Assembly: GCA_963704755.1 (NCBI GenBank)
Contig: OY969938.1
Span: 3,720,001 to 3,752,000, forward strand
DNA: 32,000 bases
Source of the DNA: an uncultured Chloroflexia bacterium
GTDB taxonomy: Bacteria; Chloroflexota; Anaerolineae; Anaerolineales; Anaerolineaceae
Direction: 5' to 3'
The notes under the pieces are model-generated. The model saw only the letters and a program-made list of their open reading frames with translations. It did not search any database and had not been told where the DNA came from. Numbering within the stretch: position 1 is the stretch's first letter; each line of letters opens with the position of its first letter. Both the position numbers and the translations under genes were made by a program. Of the stretch, positions 18,223 through 25,852 are shown piece by piece.

Positions 18223-18268
18223 GCGGGTTTTTTATTTGGGCGATAAACCGCCCAAATAAAAAACCCGC
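18223..18268. repeat. Hairpin palindrome (20-bp perfect stem, 6-nt loop) between convergent genes
   Basis: GCGGGTTTTTTATTTGGGCG, then ATAAAC, then CGCCCAAATAAAAAACCCGC. It lies 10 nt after the + gene stop and 9 nt after the minus gene stop. Confidence 0.92.
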
Positions 18269-18276
18269 ATCTAATT

Positions 18277-19450
18277 CTAGGCCCCGCCTTTTCCGTACAG
18301 ACTGGGGTCGGTGGGCGTCTGGCCGGAAGGATCCCAGACGTGGACGTATTCGCCTACGTTGGCCCAATCGAAGAGCCACTTGGAATCGCCGATCGACAGG
18401 TTGACGCAGCCATGGGTGCCCGGGTAGCCGAATAAGATCCGCCAGTAGGCGCCGTGCAAGGCCCGGTTTTCGTCGAAATACATCGTCCAGGGCACGTCCT
18501 GCAGGTAATAATAATCCGAGCGGTCGGCCTCGAAGGCGCCGGACATGGTCTCGGTATCTTTCTTTTCATAGATTTGGAACAAGCCTGGGCGGGTATAGAA
18601 CGGCTCACCGCCTGAGGCGACCAGGGTGGCAAAAACGAGTTGGTTGTGATCGTACACCGCCAGAGTCTGGTCGTACAGGTCCACATCGATCCAGCGGTCG
18701 CCGGTCACGCCATCCGGGGGAGTGGTGTCGATGCGCACCTGGCGGATGTAGCGCCACTCGACCCATTGGTTCAAGCCGATCATATACCAATCCGTGCTGT
18801 CCTTGTGCTGAACGTCGTAGATCTGGACCACATCGTAACGGTGGTAAATGGCGTCAACCACCGGCGAAGCGTAGCCCGGAGCGGCATGCACTTCGGCCGT
18901 ATCAGTGATCCAGCCGAAGGAATTATCCGGGGTTTTGGAAAATTCCAGGCCCTGGAAATTGGAGAAGGCGATCGGTGAGGCGCGCATCCACTCGCCCGAT
19001 TTGAGCATGACGTAGGGCTTGTTGTTGGCAGAATACTGCACGTCCGCATAGGACACGTAACGCAGGTCGCCTGGGTCGATGTAGCGGGTGGGATTGGTGC
19101 CCTGAACGGCGTCGTCAAAGGTGGCGAAGACGGGCGCTTTCTCAGTGCCAGGCAGGTTGATCTTGGCGATCGACACCGGGCTGACCGACAGAAGAAGGGT
19201 CTGGCTTGACCCCTGGAAGCGGGCGGATGGGGTAGGTCAGGCCGGTACCGGCCAGGCTGCTGATTTGCTGGTAGGGGCCTAGGGCCAGGCAGTCCGTAGC
19301 ATCACTGGAGCCGGATCCCGGCAGGCACAGCGGCTTGTCACCGTTCTGCGAAGCCGGGGTATCCGCGGCCGCGGCCGTTTGCGGGGCTGCGTGCAGGAAT
19401 AAGAAAGAAAGCGCCAGGGTAGCGCTGATTACCATTAAAAGTCGTTTCAT
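18277..19450 (-). pseudogene. L,D-transpeptidase (YkuD domain) split by a frameshift from its signal-peptide-encoding 5' part
   Basis: ORF 18277-19176 carries the YkuD catalytic motif (HGAYWRILFGYPGTHGCVNL) but has no signal peptide. ORF 19142-19450, in another frame, encodes MKRLLMVISATLALSFLFLHAAPQTAAAA followed by a linker. The two frames are both open between about 19142 and 19237. Confidence 0.6.
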
Positions 19451-19503
19451 CGAGAAATCATCCTTGTAGAATCCTTGTTGCCAGCTCAAGCAAGTTCAGA
19501 AGG

Positions 19504-19555
19504 GGTGCTATTTTTATTATTTTGCATGCATAGCTTGCAAAATAATAAAAACACC
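19504..19555. repeat. Hairpin: 16-bp perfect AT-rich stem plus 4 outer bp with a 3-nt bulge, 9-nt loop
   Basis: TTTTTATTATTTTGCA (19511-19526) pairs with TGCAAAATAATAAAAA (19536-19551). The outer pairs are GGTG/CACC. Confidence 0.8.
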
Positions 19556-19656
19556 TTGTTCTTCTGCGATGGCTGAGTATTTAGACTTGAATTTATTGTA
19601 ATTGATTTTCGCCGCGATGCCAGAGTGAGCTTTTTGACGGGTGCACTCAAAGTTCG

Positions 19657-19705
19657 TTATGAGGAGTTTGGGAACGGGCGTAGCCCGGTCCCAAACTCCT
19701 CATAA
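19657..19705. repeat. Hairpin palindrome: 22 of 23 bp paired, GTA triloop (apex GCGTAGC)
   Basis: TTATGAGGAGTTTGGGAACGGGC, then GTA, then GCCCGGTCCCAAACTCCTCATAA. There is one A/G mismatch. Confidence 0.88.
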
Positions 19706-19736
19706 TTAATTACTTTTTAGTGCTCCTTTTTTTGGC

Positions 19737-20966
19737 TCAGGCTTCCCGCTGGATGACGACTATCGCAATGTCATCCTGGCGGAAAGAGCTGCCCACGAAC
19801 CGCTGGACCAATTCGATCAGTCCGTCTTTGACCGCTCGGGCGCCGCTTCGCGTCATCGAAAGGAGCATATCAATCAGGCGTTCCTCACCGTAAAACTCGC
19901 CTAACGGGTTCTGGGCTTCAACGATGCCATCGGTATAGAGCACCAGCGTATCACCGGGCGCCATGCGCAGAGACTTTTGCTTCCAATTGGCCTGCTCGGA
20001 TACCCCCAGCACCATTCCGGTGGGCCGCAGGTATTGGACAGAGGTCTTACCGCCATGTTTGCCGATGAGAAAACCGGGCGGATGTCCGCCGTTGGCGAAC
20101 ACCAGCCGTCCGGTGTAAGGTTCCAGGATGGCGAAGAGCACCGAGACGAACATACTCCCGCGCGTATCGGAAAGGATCCGTTCATTGACTGCATCCAGGG
20201 TCAAGGCGGGCAGGGTTGGGAACCGGGCCGCGAAGGTGCGGATCAGGGTGCTGCTCAGGGCCATAAACAAGGCTGCCCCCATGCCCTTGTCGGTCACGTC
20301 CGCGATGACAATGCCCATCTTGCCGTAGGCCATGGGGATAAAGTCGTAAAAGTCGCCCGAGGTCTCGCGGGCCGGCAGCAGCACGGCCGCAACGTCCCAG
20401 CCTTCGATTTTGGGCGGTTCCTCGGGCAAAATGGTTGCCTGGATCTTGCCGGCCATGACCAGCTCGGTGTTGATCAGTTCTTCGCTGCGTGGCTGTGGCG
20501 TAAAATGGCCCAATTCTCCGGCCTGGTCGTCGTCATCGACCGGCTCGTGAGCGAAGAAGGACTGTCTTTCCCCGGCCGGACGAAGGGGTTCGCAGATCTG
20601 TACGCAAATTTTTTCCAGGGCCGACTTGAATTCATCCTCACTCACGCTGCTGGAGAGGTGAAACAGGCGTTCGTCTGTATGGCCTTCCAGCAGGTCGTCG
20701 TCGAAGTCAGATAGCAGAATGATGGCGCGCAGGCCGGCCTGCTGGCTAACCAGGTCGACCAGGGTGGCCAGGTCTTTGCTTCCACCCTGGTGGTGAATCA
20801 GGGCCATTTCTGGCCGGGTAATCTGGCAAAGCTGGGCAATTTCGGTCCCAGAGCGGGCTTCACCGACCAGGTCATATTCGGATAAGGCGACCAGCATGTT
20901 CTCAAGCCCCCGCAAGAAAATCGCCTGTTCGGAATAAACAACTAACCGCCGCTTTTTTTGCTCCAT
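19737..20966 (-). CDS. PP2C-type (SpoIIE/RsbU-like) serine phosphatase with N-terminal degenerate receiver domain
   Basis: The C-terminal half carries SpoIIE/PP2C motifs (SGDFYDFIP, GIVIADVTDKGMGAALFM, LVLYTDGIVEA). The N-terminal region of about 120 aa resembles a receiver fold. The ORF track extends to 21059. ATG 20966 (MEQKKRRLVVYSE) has an AGGAAG-type SD. Confidence 0.82.
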   Translation of the reverse strand: MEQKKRRLVVYSEQAIFLRGLENMLVALSEYDLVGEARSGTEIAQLCQITRPEMALIHHQGGSKDLATLVDLVSQQAGLRAIILLSDFDDDLLEGHTDERLFHLSSSVSEDEFKSALEKICVQICEPLRPAGERQSFFAHEPVDDDDQAGELGHFTPQPRSEELINTELVMAGKIQATILPEEPPKIEGWDVAAVLLPARETSGDFYDFIPMAYGKMGIVIADVTDKGMGAALFMALSSTLIRTFAARFPTLPALTLDAVNERILSDTRGSMFVSVLFAILEPYTGRLVFANGGHPPGFLIGKHGGKTSVQYLRPTGMVLGVSEQANWKQKSLRMAPGDTLVLYTDGIVEAQNPLGEFYGEERLIDMLLSMTRSGARAVKDGLIELVQRFVGSSFRQDDIAIVVIQREA

Positions 20967-21123
20967 CCTTAACTTCCTGGTGTTCAATCGATCCTGTTGC
21001 CAGGAAATATGGTTCCCCGGCGGATGCCCCCAGTCGTTTGTCGAGACAAATGTTCCCACGATCTGATCTTATTTTACCGGAGGAATCGGCATTTTTGGAC
21101 AGTCAATTTCTTGGTTTACGGTT

Positions 21124-21178
21124 CCCAAATTTGAGGTATTTGCGAGGGCGAAGCCCTCGCAAATACCTCAAATTTGGG
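21124..21178. repeat. Hairpin palindrome: 26-bp perfect stem, GAA triloop, apex GCGAAGC
   Basis: CCCAAATTTGAGGTATTTGCGAGGGC, then GAA, then GCCCTCGCAAATACCTCAAATTTGGG. Exact; checked base by base. It lies between divergent gene starts. Confidence 0.95.
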
Positions 21179-21253
21179 TTTCTATTCATCAGGTTGGGCA
21201 GTTTCCCCTTCTCAATGCAAGCGATTATAATCAGCGCGGGAGAGAATACGCGC

Positions 21254-22156
21254 ATGGAAAATGAAACAGTTCACCTGAAACCGGGTTACTGGCAGGCCTG
21301 GCTGCTGGCTTCACGGCCGAAAACGCTGCCGGCTGCGGCGGCGCCGGTAATTATTGGGATAGGATTGGCCGTGGGAGAAGGGGTGTTCCGTTTTGGCCCG
21401 GCGCTGGCCGCGCTGGCGGTGGCGTTATTGCTGCAAATCGGGGCCAATGTTTCCAACGATTATTTCGATTATCAGAAAGGCGCGGACACCGATCAGCGCC
21501 TGGGGCCAACCCGGGTGACCCAGGCCGGGCTGCTGCCGCTCAGGCATGTGGTGGCCGGCATGCTGGTGGTGTTTGGCCTGGCCGGCTTGATCGGTATCTA
21601 TCTGATCGTGGAAGCCGGTTGGCCGGCGGCCCTGATCGGCGGTCTGGCTATTCTCTCGGCGCTGGCCTATACCGGCGGGCCTTATCCGCTGGGCTATCAT
21701 GGCCTGGGGGAATTGTTTGTCTTTCTATTCTTTGGCCTGGCGGCTGTGGCCGGGACGTATTTCGTCCAGGCGCTGTCGTTCAGCCCGGCCGCGCTGTGGC
21801 TGTCGCTGCCGGCCGGCTTGATCGCCGACGGTATTCTGACGGTCAACAACCTGCGCGACCTGGAGACCGACCGGATCTCGGGCAAGCACACCCTGGCTGT
21901 GCGCATGGGGGAGCGCGGCGCGGTGATCGAGTACTGGACCTGGTTGGTACTGGCTTACCTGTGCGTGGCCGGCGCCGTGCTGACCCGGGCAGTTACCCTC
22001 TGGGCCCTGTTGAGCTGGCTTTCTATCCCCATGGCGGTCAGCCTGGCCCGCCGGGTGGCGACTATCCGCGGAAGGAAAATGAACGCCCTGCTGGCCCAAA
22101 CTGGCCAGTTGGAGCTGGTCTTTGCGCTGCTGCTGGCGCTGGGGTTGGTGATATAG
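21254..22156 (+). CDS. menA: 1,4-dihydroxy-2-naphthoate polyprenyltransferase (UbiA superfamily)
   Basis: WQAWLLASRPKTLPAAAAPVIIGIGLA and NDYFDYQKGADT...RLGPTR are MenA-type motifs, and the protein is polytopic. The ORF-track start 21038 would translate through the 21124-21178 palindrome. ATG 21254 has a GGGAGAG SD about 10 nt upstream. Confidence 0.8.
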   Translation: MENETVHLKPGYWQAWLLASRPKTLPAAAAPVIIGIGLAVGEGVFRFGPALAALAVALLLQIGANVSNDYFDYQKGADTDQRLGPTRVTQAGLLPLRHVVAGMLVVFGLAGLIGIYLIVEAGWPAALIGGLAILSALAYTGGPYPLGYHGLGELFVFLFFGLAAVAGTYFVQALSFSPAALWLSLPAGLIADGILTVNNLRDLETDRISGKHTLAVRMGERGAVIEYWTWLVLAYLCVAGAVLTRAVTLWALLSWLSIPMAVSLARRVATIRGRKMNALLAQTGQLELVFALLLALGLVI

Positions 22157-22189
22157 GGGAGATTAGAGAATAGTGGATGAGTAAATAGA

Positions 22190-22254
22190 CACCGAGGCAA
22201 CGAGGGGGGCGGCTGTAGAAAAAGCACCGGGGCAACGAGTGGAGGCGGCTGTAG
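22190..22254 (+). repeat. Two copies of a ~29-nt direct repeat
   Basis: CACCGAGGCAACGAGGGGGGCGGCTGTAG (22190-22218) and CACCGGGGCAACGAGTGGAGGCGGCTGTAG (22225-22254). Confidence 0.8.
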
Positions 22255-22332
22255 GGTGGGTGCAGGGCTCGTTGATCACACTGGCAATGGCAATTACGTT
22301 TGTCTTATCAGGGCCCGCCCGTAACCCACCAT

Positions 22333-22451
22333 TTAGCGGTTGGCAATTGGCTGTTAGCTTTTAGCGATTAGCTGTTAGCTTTTAGCGATTAGCTGTTCGC
22401 TTTTAGCAATTGGCTGTTAGCTTTTAGCGATTAGCTGTTGGCTTTTAGCGT
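22333..22451 (+). repeat. Tandem heptamer repeat TTAGCNN (~17 units) with a 21-nt super-period
   Basis: The 21-nt units are TTAGCGATTAGCTGTTAGCTT / TTAGCGATTAGCTGTTCGCTT / TTAGCAATTGGCTGTTAGCTT / TTAGCGATTAGCTGTTGGCTT. They are contiguous, with no spacers. Confidence 0.9.
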
Positions 22452-22508
22452 TCATACAATCCCCAGATTGGCCGGAAACACTATATCGGTAGCTGAATGT
22501 ACTTTTTT

Positions 22509-22630
22509 GTCATTGCGAACCCTGGCTGCTTTTGCCAGGGCGTGGCAATCTCAACGCTGGCTATTGCAACAGCCTGCGCGCGTTGAGATTGCATACTGCG
22601 CATCAGCGAAATGTGCCTCCTCGCAATGGC
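22509..22630 (+). repeat. Structured repeat element, copy A (termini GTCATTGCGA...TCGCAATGGC)
   Basis: The terminal 10-mers are complementary at 9 of 10 positions. Internal hairpins are CCCTGGC/GCCAGGG (22520-22540) and GCAATCTCAACGC (22545-22557) with GCGTTGAGATTGC (22580-22592). Confidence 0.85.
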
Positions 22631-22683
22631 AAAAAAGGTGCTGCTACCTAAGGCCCATCCCGGCCAGTCAAAATAGAATGTAG

Positions 22684-22760
22684 GTTGGGTGACGGGCTTG
22701 ATTATGGGTTCGCTGAAATCGATGACATCTTCCCAACCCAAGCTTTGCCCGTCACCCAAC
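22684..22760. repeat. 14-bp perfect inverted repeat GTTGGGTGACGGGC / GCCCGTCACCCAAC with a 49-nt loop
   Basis: Arms at 22684-22697 and 22747-22760. Related GGTGGGT/ACCCACC motifs occur at 22254-22263, 22318-22332, 22781-22795 and 22846-22862. Confidence 0.8.
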
Positions 22761-22917
22761 GATTGCGATAGCCAAACGGGATGGTGGGTTACGGGTAAGG
22801 CTTGGGTTGTTTTGTTGCTAAACATTCCCTTGGCGTTCTATAAGAGCCCATCACCCACCCAACACGTATGTTGTAGCTGGCTTGAGAATTGGCTTCGGTA
22901 GCACAATCCCGCTTAAT

Positions 22918-22995
22918 GTCATTGCGAGCCCTGGCTGCTTTTGCCAGGGCGTGGCAATCTCAACGCTGGCTATTGCAACAGCCTGGGCGCATTGA
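22918..22995 (+). repeat. Structured repeat element, copy B (5' part only)
   Basis: 22918-22985 matches 22509-22576 at 67 of 68 positions. The 3' half of copy A is missing or diverged. Confidence 0.88.
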
Positions 22996-23096
22996 CAAAA
23001 CGACATGGAAAGCAGCGGATCGGCCCGGTCTCCAGACCGAGGCCGCTCTTATTGGCTGGTAGGACGATTGCTTTGATTCAACAAACATGCATGTTT

Positions 23097-23184
23097 GTCG
23101 TTGCGAATAGTTTTTGTGAAGCAATTTCCCTATTTGCCAGTGTTGAGATTGCTTCGTCGGCAAAAAAAGCCTTCTCGCAACGAC
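23097..23184 (+). repeat. Structured repeat element, variant C (termini GTCGTTGCGA...TCGCAACGAC)
   Basis: The terminal inverted repeat is a perfect 10 bp. An internal pair is GAAGCAAT (23118-23125) with ATTGCTTC (23148-23155). It shares the GTTGAGATTGC core with copy A. Confidence 0.8.
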
Positions 23185-23197
23185 ATTTAAGAAAATC

Positions 23198-23223
23198 GTC
23201 GCAGCCAATCTTTTGGCTGCGAC
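23198..23223 (-). terminator. pheT intrinsic terminator
   Basis: An 11-bp perfect stem GTCGCAGCCAA/TTGGCTGCGAC with a 4-nt loop. On the minus strand it is followed by GATTTTCTT. It lies 29 nt after the pheT stop. Confidence 0.7.
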
Positions 23224-23251
23224 AATTGATTGCAGGAATGCCAACAAGGCC

Positions 23252-25798
23252 TTAGCTGCGCAATTTGGCTCCCAGCACCTGGTCCAGGCGACGGACGATC
23301 TTCTGGCGGATCTGGGTGGCCTCCTGAGTGGAGAGGGTGTGATCGCTGGCCTGGTATGTCAGGCTGTAGGCCAGGCTCTTTTTCCCGGCGCCGATCTGCT
23401 CGCCGCGGAAAATGTCGAACAGGCGCACGGCCGTCAGCGCCCGCCCGCCGGCCTGGCGGATGATCGCTTCCACGTCCGCGGCCGGGAGGGTTTCGGGAAC
23501 CACCACGGCGATATCTTCCAGGGTGGGCGGGAAGGTCGGCACCGCGCTGGTCTCGTAACGCCGGGCGGACAGGGCCTGGATGGCGGCCAGGTCGAACTCA
23601 CCGGCCAGGACAGGTGGGTTGAGAAAGCTGTAGCTCTCCTTGACCTGGGGGTGCAGCTCGCCGAAATAGCCCAGGGTGACTTCGCCAACACTGACCCGCG
23701 CGCATTTGCCCGGATGGAAGGCCGGGTGGTCGCCCGGGGTAAAAGTCGCATCCGGAATGTGGACGACTTGCAGCAGCTCCTCGACAATGCCCTTGAGATC
23801 GAAGTAATCCAGGGACGCGCTCTGGGAGGTATCCCAGGCCGGCGGCCGGCGCAGGCCGGTCACGGCCATGGCCACGAATTGGCGTTCTTCCGGTAAAGGT
23901 TCACCCTGGCGGGGCCAGAAGACCGGACCGATCTCGAACAGGGCCAGGCGATCGCGCAGGCGGACGTTCTTTTCGAGCAGGTCCAGGACAGAAGCCAGCA
24001 GGCTGCGGCGCATGGCCGCCCGCTCGGGGGTCAGCGGGTTTTTGATCCAGATGTATTCCCGCGCCGGAGCCTCGCCGGCGGCCGCATCCAGGCGCGCTTC
24101 GCGTTCGGGTGTGGTCAGGCGGTAATTGACCACTTCCTGCAAACCCAGGCGGACCAATACATCGCGCACGCGGTTTTCGGTATCCAGCACGGGGTTGCTG
24201 TGCACCTGAGGCAGTTCGTCGGGCATACGCCGGGCAGGGATCTTCGCATAGCCGTAAATCCGGGCGACTTCCTCCAACAGGTCGGCCTTGCCGACCACGC
24301 CCTCGCCGATGTCCAGGCGATGCGGCGGAGTCTTGGCCAACACTGTGTCACCTTCCACCCGGCAGGTGAATTCCAGGCGGGTGAGAATGGCAGCGATTTC
24401 GGCAGCGCTCAATTCGATGCCCAGGAGGCGGCGGACATCCGCCGGGGTCAATTCCACTTCGGGATCCTGCTGGGGTAGTGGATATTCATCCACCAGGCCG
24501 GTATAGACCTGGCCGCCGCTCCATTCGGCCATGCGGCTGAGGCACATCTGCACCCCTTCCACCGCCAGGGCCGGGTGGACGCCGCGCGAGAAACGGTAGC
24601 CTGCCTCGGAGGCCAGGTGCTGGGTGAGGGTGGTGCGGCGCACGTTGATGAAATTCCAGCTTGCGCCTTCCAGCAGGACGTTGGTGGTGGTGTCGCTGAC
24701 CTCGGATTCCTGCCCGCCCATGACGCCGGCCAGGGAAAGCGGCCCGGCGGTATCGCAGACCAGGATGGTGGTATCGTCTAGCGTACGTTCAACGTCGTCC
24801 AGGGTGGTCAGCTTTTCGCCGGGTTCGGCGGTGCGGGTGATGATGGTGGGCGGGTTGCCGCCCGCACGGCGCACAAGCACGTCGTAATCGAAGGCGTGCA
24901 GGGGCTCGCCGATCTCGAGCATGACGTAATTGGTGGCGTCCACAATGGCGTTGATCGGGCGCATACCGGCCAGGCGCAGGCGGCGCTGCACCCAGTAGGG
25001 GCTGGGGCGTTTCTGCGCGCCGGAGATCAAGCCGAGCACGAAACGCGGGTTCAGTTTGGGGTCCCCGATGCGGATACCGGCTTTGCCGTCGATAGAAGGC
25101 CCACCCTGAGGCAGGTGCGGCTGGGGGCGGTGCAGGGGCTTGCCGGTCAGGGCAGCCAACTCGCGGGCGACTCCCAGGATGGAGGCGTCGCGAATCATAT
25201 TGGGCAGGATGGCGACCTCGAAGACGGCGTCGCCCATGTATTCAGAAAGCGGCATGCCGGTGGGGGCGTCCGCGTCCAGGAGGATGATGCCTTCGTGCTC
25301 TTCGGAGACGCCCAGTTCCTTTTCCGAGCAGACCATGGAAAAGGATTCGACTCCGCGGATCTTGGTACGCTTGAGGGTGGTCAGCACCTGGCCGGGTTGG
25401 TGACCGTCGTACAGGCGGGCGCCTTCGCGGGCGTAGGCCACTTTGATCGGCTGCTGAAGCGGGCCGATGCCCCGGTATTCGAGCAGGTTAGGCGCCCCGG
25501 TCAGCACGGTGATCTCGCCGGTGCCGTCCTGCAGGCGGCAAAGCACCAGCCGGTCGGCGTTGGGGTGCGGGCTGACCTCGTCGATCTGGGCCACGACGAA
25601 TTTATCCGGGTCCCAGCTCAGGCCGCTCACCTTGAACTCGTGCGGCTGATTGGGGTCAAACCCGGCGTAGGGGTCGGGCAAACCGACCAGGCGGATTTCT
25701 TCTACCTCCAGCCCGGCCATGGTCAGCATACTGGCCAGGTCGAGCAGGGGCAGGTCAATGTCGATGTAATCTTTTAACCAGGAAAGGGGAAGGTCCAT
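23252..25798 (-). CDS. pheT: Phenylalanine--tRNA ligase beta subunit
   Basis: 848-aa ORF with a typical PheT N-terminus (MDLPLSWLKDYIDI). The tRNA-binding, B3/4, B5 and C-terminal FDX-ACB-like regions are recognisable by eye. A GGAG SD is present, and pheS lies upstream. Confidence 0.93.
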   Translation of the reverse strand: MDLPLSWLKDYIDIDLPLLDLASMLTMAGLEVEEIRLVGLPDPYAGFDPNQPHEFKVSGLSWDPDKFVVAQIDEVSPHPNADRLVLCRLQDGTGEITVLTGAPNLLEYRGIGPLQQPIKVAYAREGARLYDGHQPGQVLTTLKRTKIRGVESFSMVCSEKELGVSEEHEGIILLDADAPTGMPLSEYMGDAVFEVAILPNMIRDASILGVARELAALTGKPLHRPQPHLPQGGPSIDGKAGIRIGDPKLNPRFVLGLISGAQKRPSPYWVQRRLRLAGMRPINAIVDATNYVMLEIGEPLHAFDYDVLVRRAGGNPPTIITRTAEPGEKLTTLDDVERTLDDTTILVCDTAGPLSLAGVMGGQESEVSDTTTNVLLEGASWNFINVRRTTLTQHLASEAGYRFSRGVHPALAVEGVQMCLSRMAEWSGGQVYTGLVDEYPLPQQDPEVELTPADVRRLLGIELSAAEIAAILTRLEFTCRVEGDTVLAKTPPHRLDIGEGVVGKADLLEEVARIYGYAKIPARRMPDELPQVHSNPVLDTENRVRDVLVRLGLQEVVNYRLTTPEREARLDAAAGEAPAREYIWIKNPLTPERAAMRRSLLASVLDLLEKNVRLRDRLALFEIGPVFWPRQGEPLPEERQFVAMAVTGLRRPPAWDTSQSASLDYFDLKGIVEELLQVVHIPDATFTPGDHPAFHPGKCARVSVGEVTLGYFGELHPQVKESYSFLNPPVLAGEFDLAAIQALSARRYETSAVPTFPPTLEDIAVVVPETLPAADVEAIIRQAGGRALTAVRLFDIFRGEQIGAGKKSLAYSLTYQASDHTLSTQEATQIRQKIVRRLDQVLGAKLRS

Positions 25799-25852
25799 GG
25801 GTTTCTCCGTAAAGCGTAATGAATAGATAAATAGAGAAAAGAGAATAGATGA

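Noticed and set aside
21038-21253. N-terminal extensions suggested by the longest-ORF track: menA 21038, pheS 27513, PP2C 21059, surE 15595, thioesterase 13790 and the 4HB gene 26269
   Set aside because: The extensions run through palindromes, terminators or promoters. Downstream starts have SD sequences or canonical family N-termini.
22333-22451. Possible CRISPR array
   Set aside because: The repeats are contiguous 7-nt (21-nt) units with no unique spacers, and no cas genes lie in the window. It is a simple tandem repeat.
22438-23255. ORFs 22438-22683(+), 22481-22825(-), 22689-22901(+), 22941-23255(+) and 22960-23247(-)
   Set aside because: All lie entirely within the repeat and hairpin field and overlap each other on both strands. 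Their translations are read-throughs of palindromes (for example ...IATPWQKQPGFAMT).
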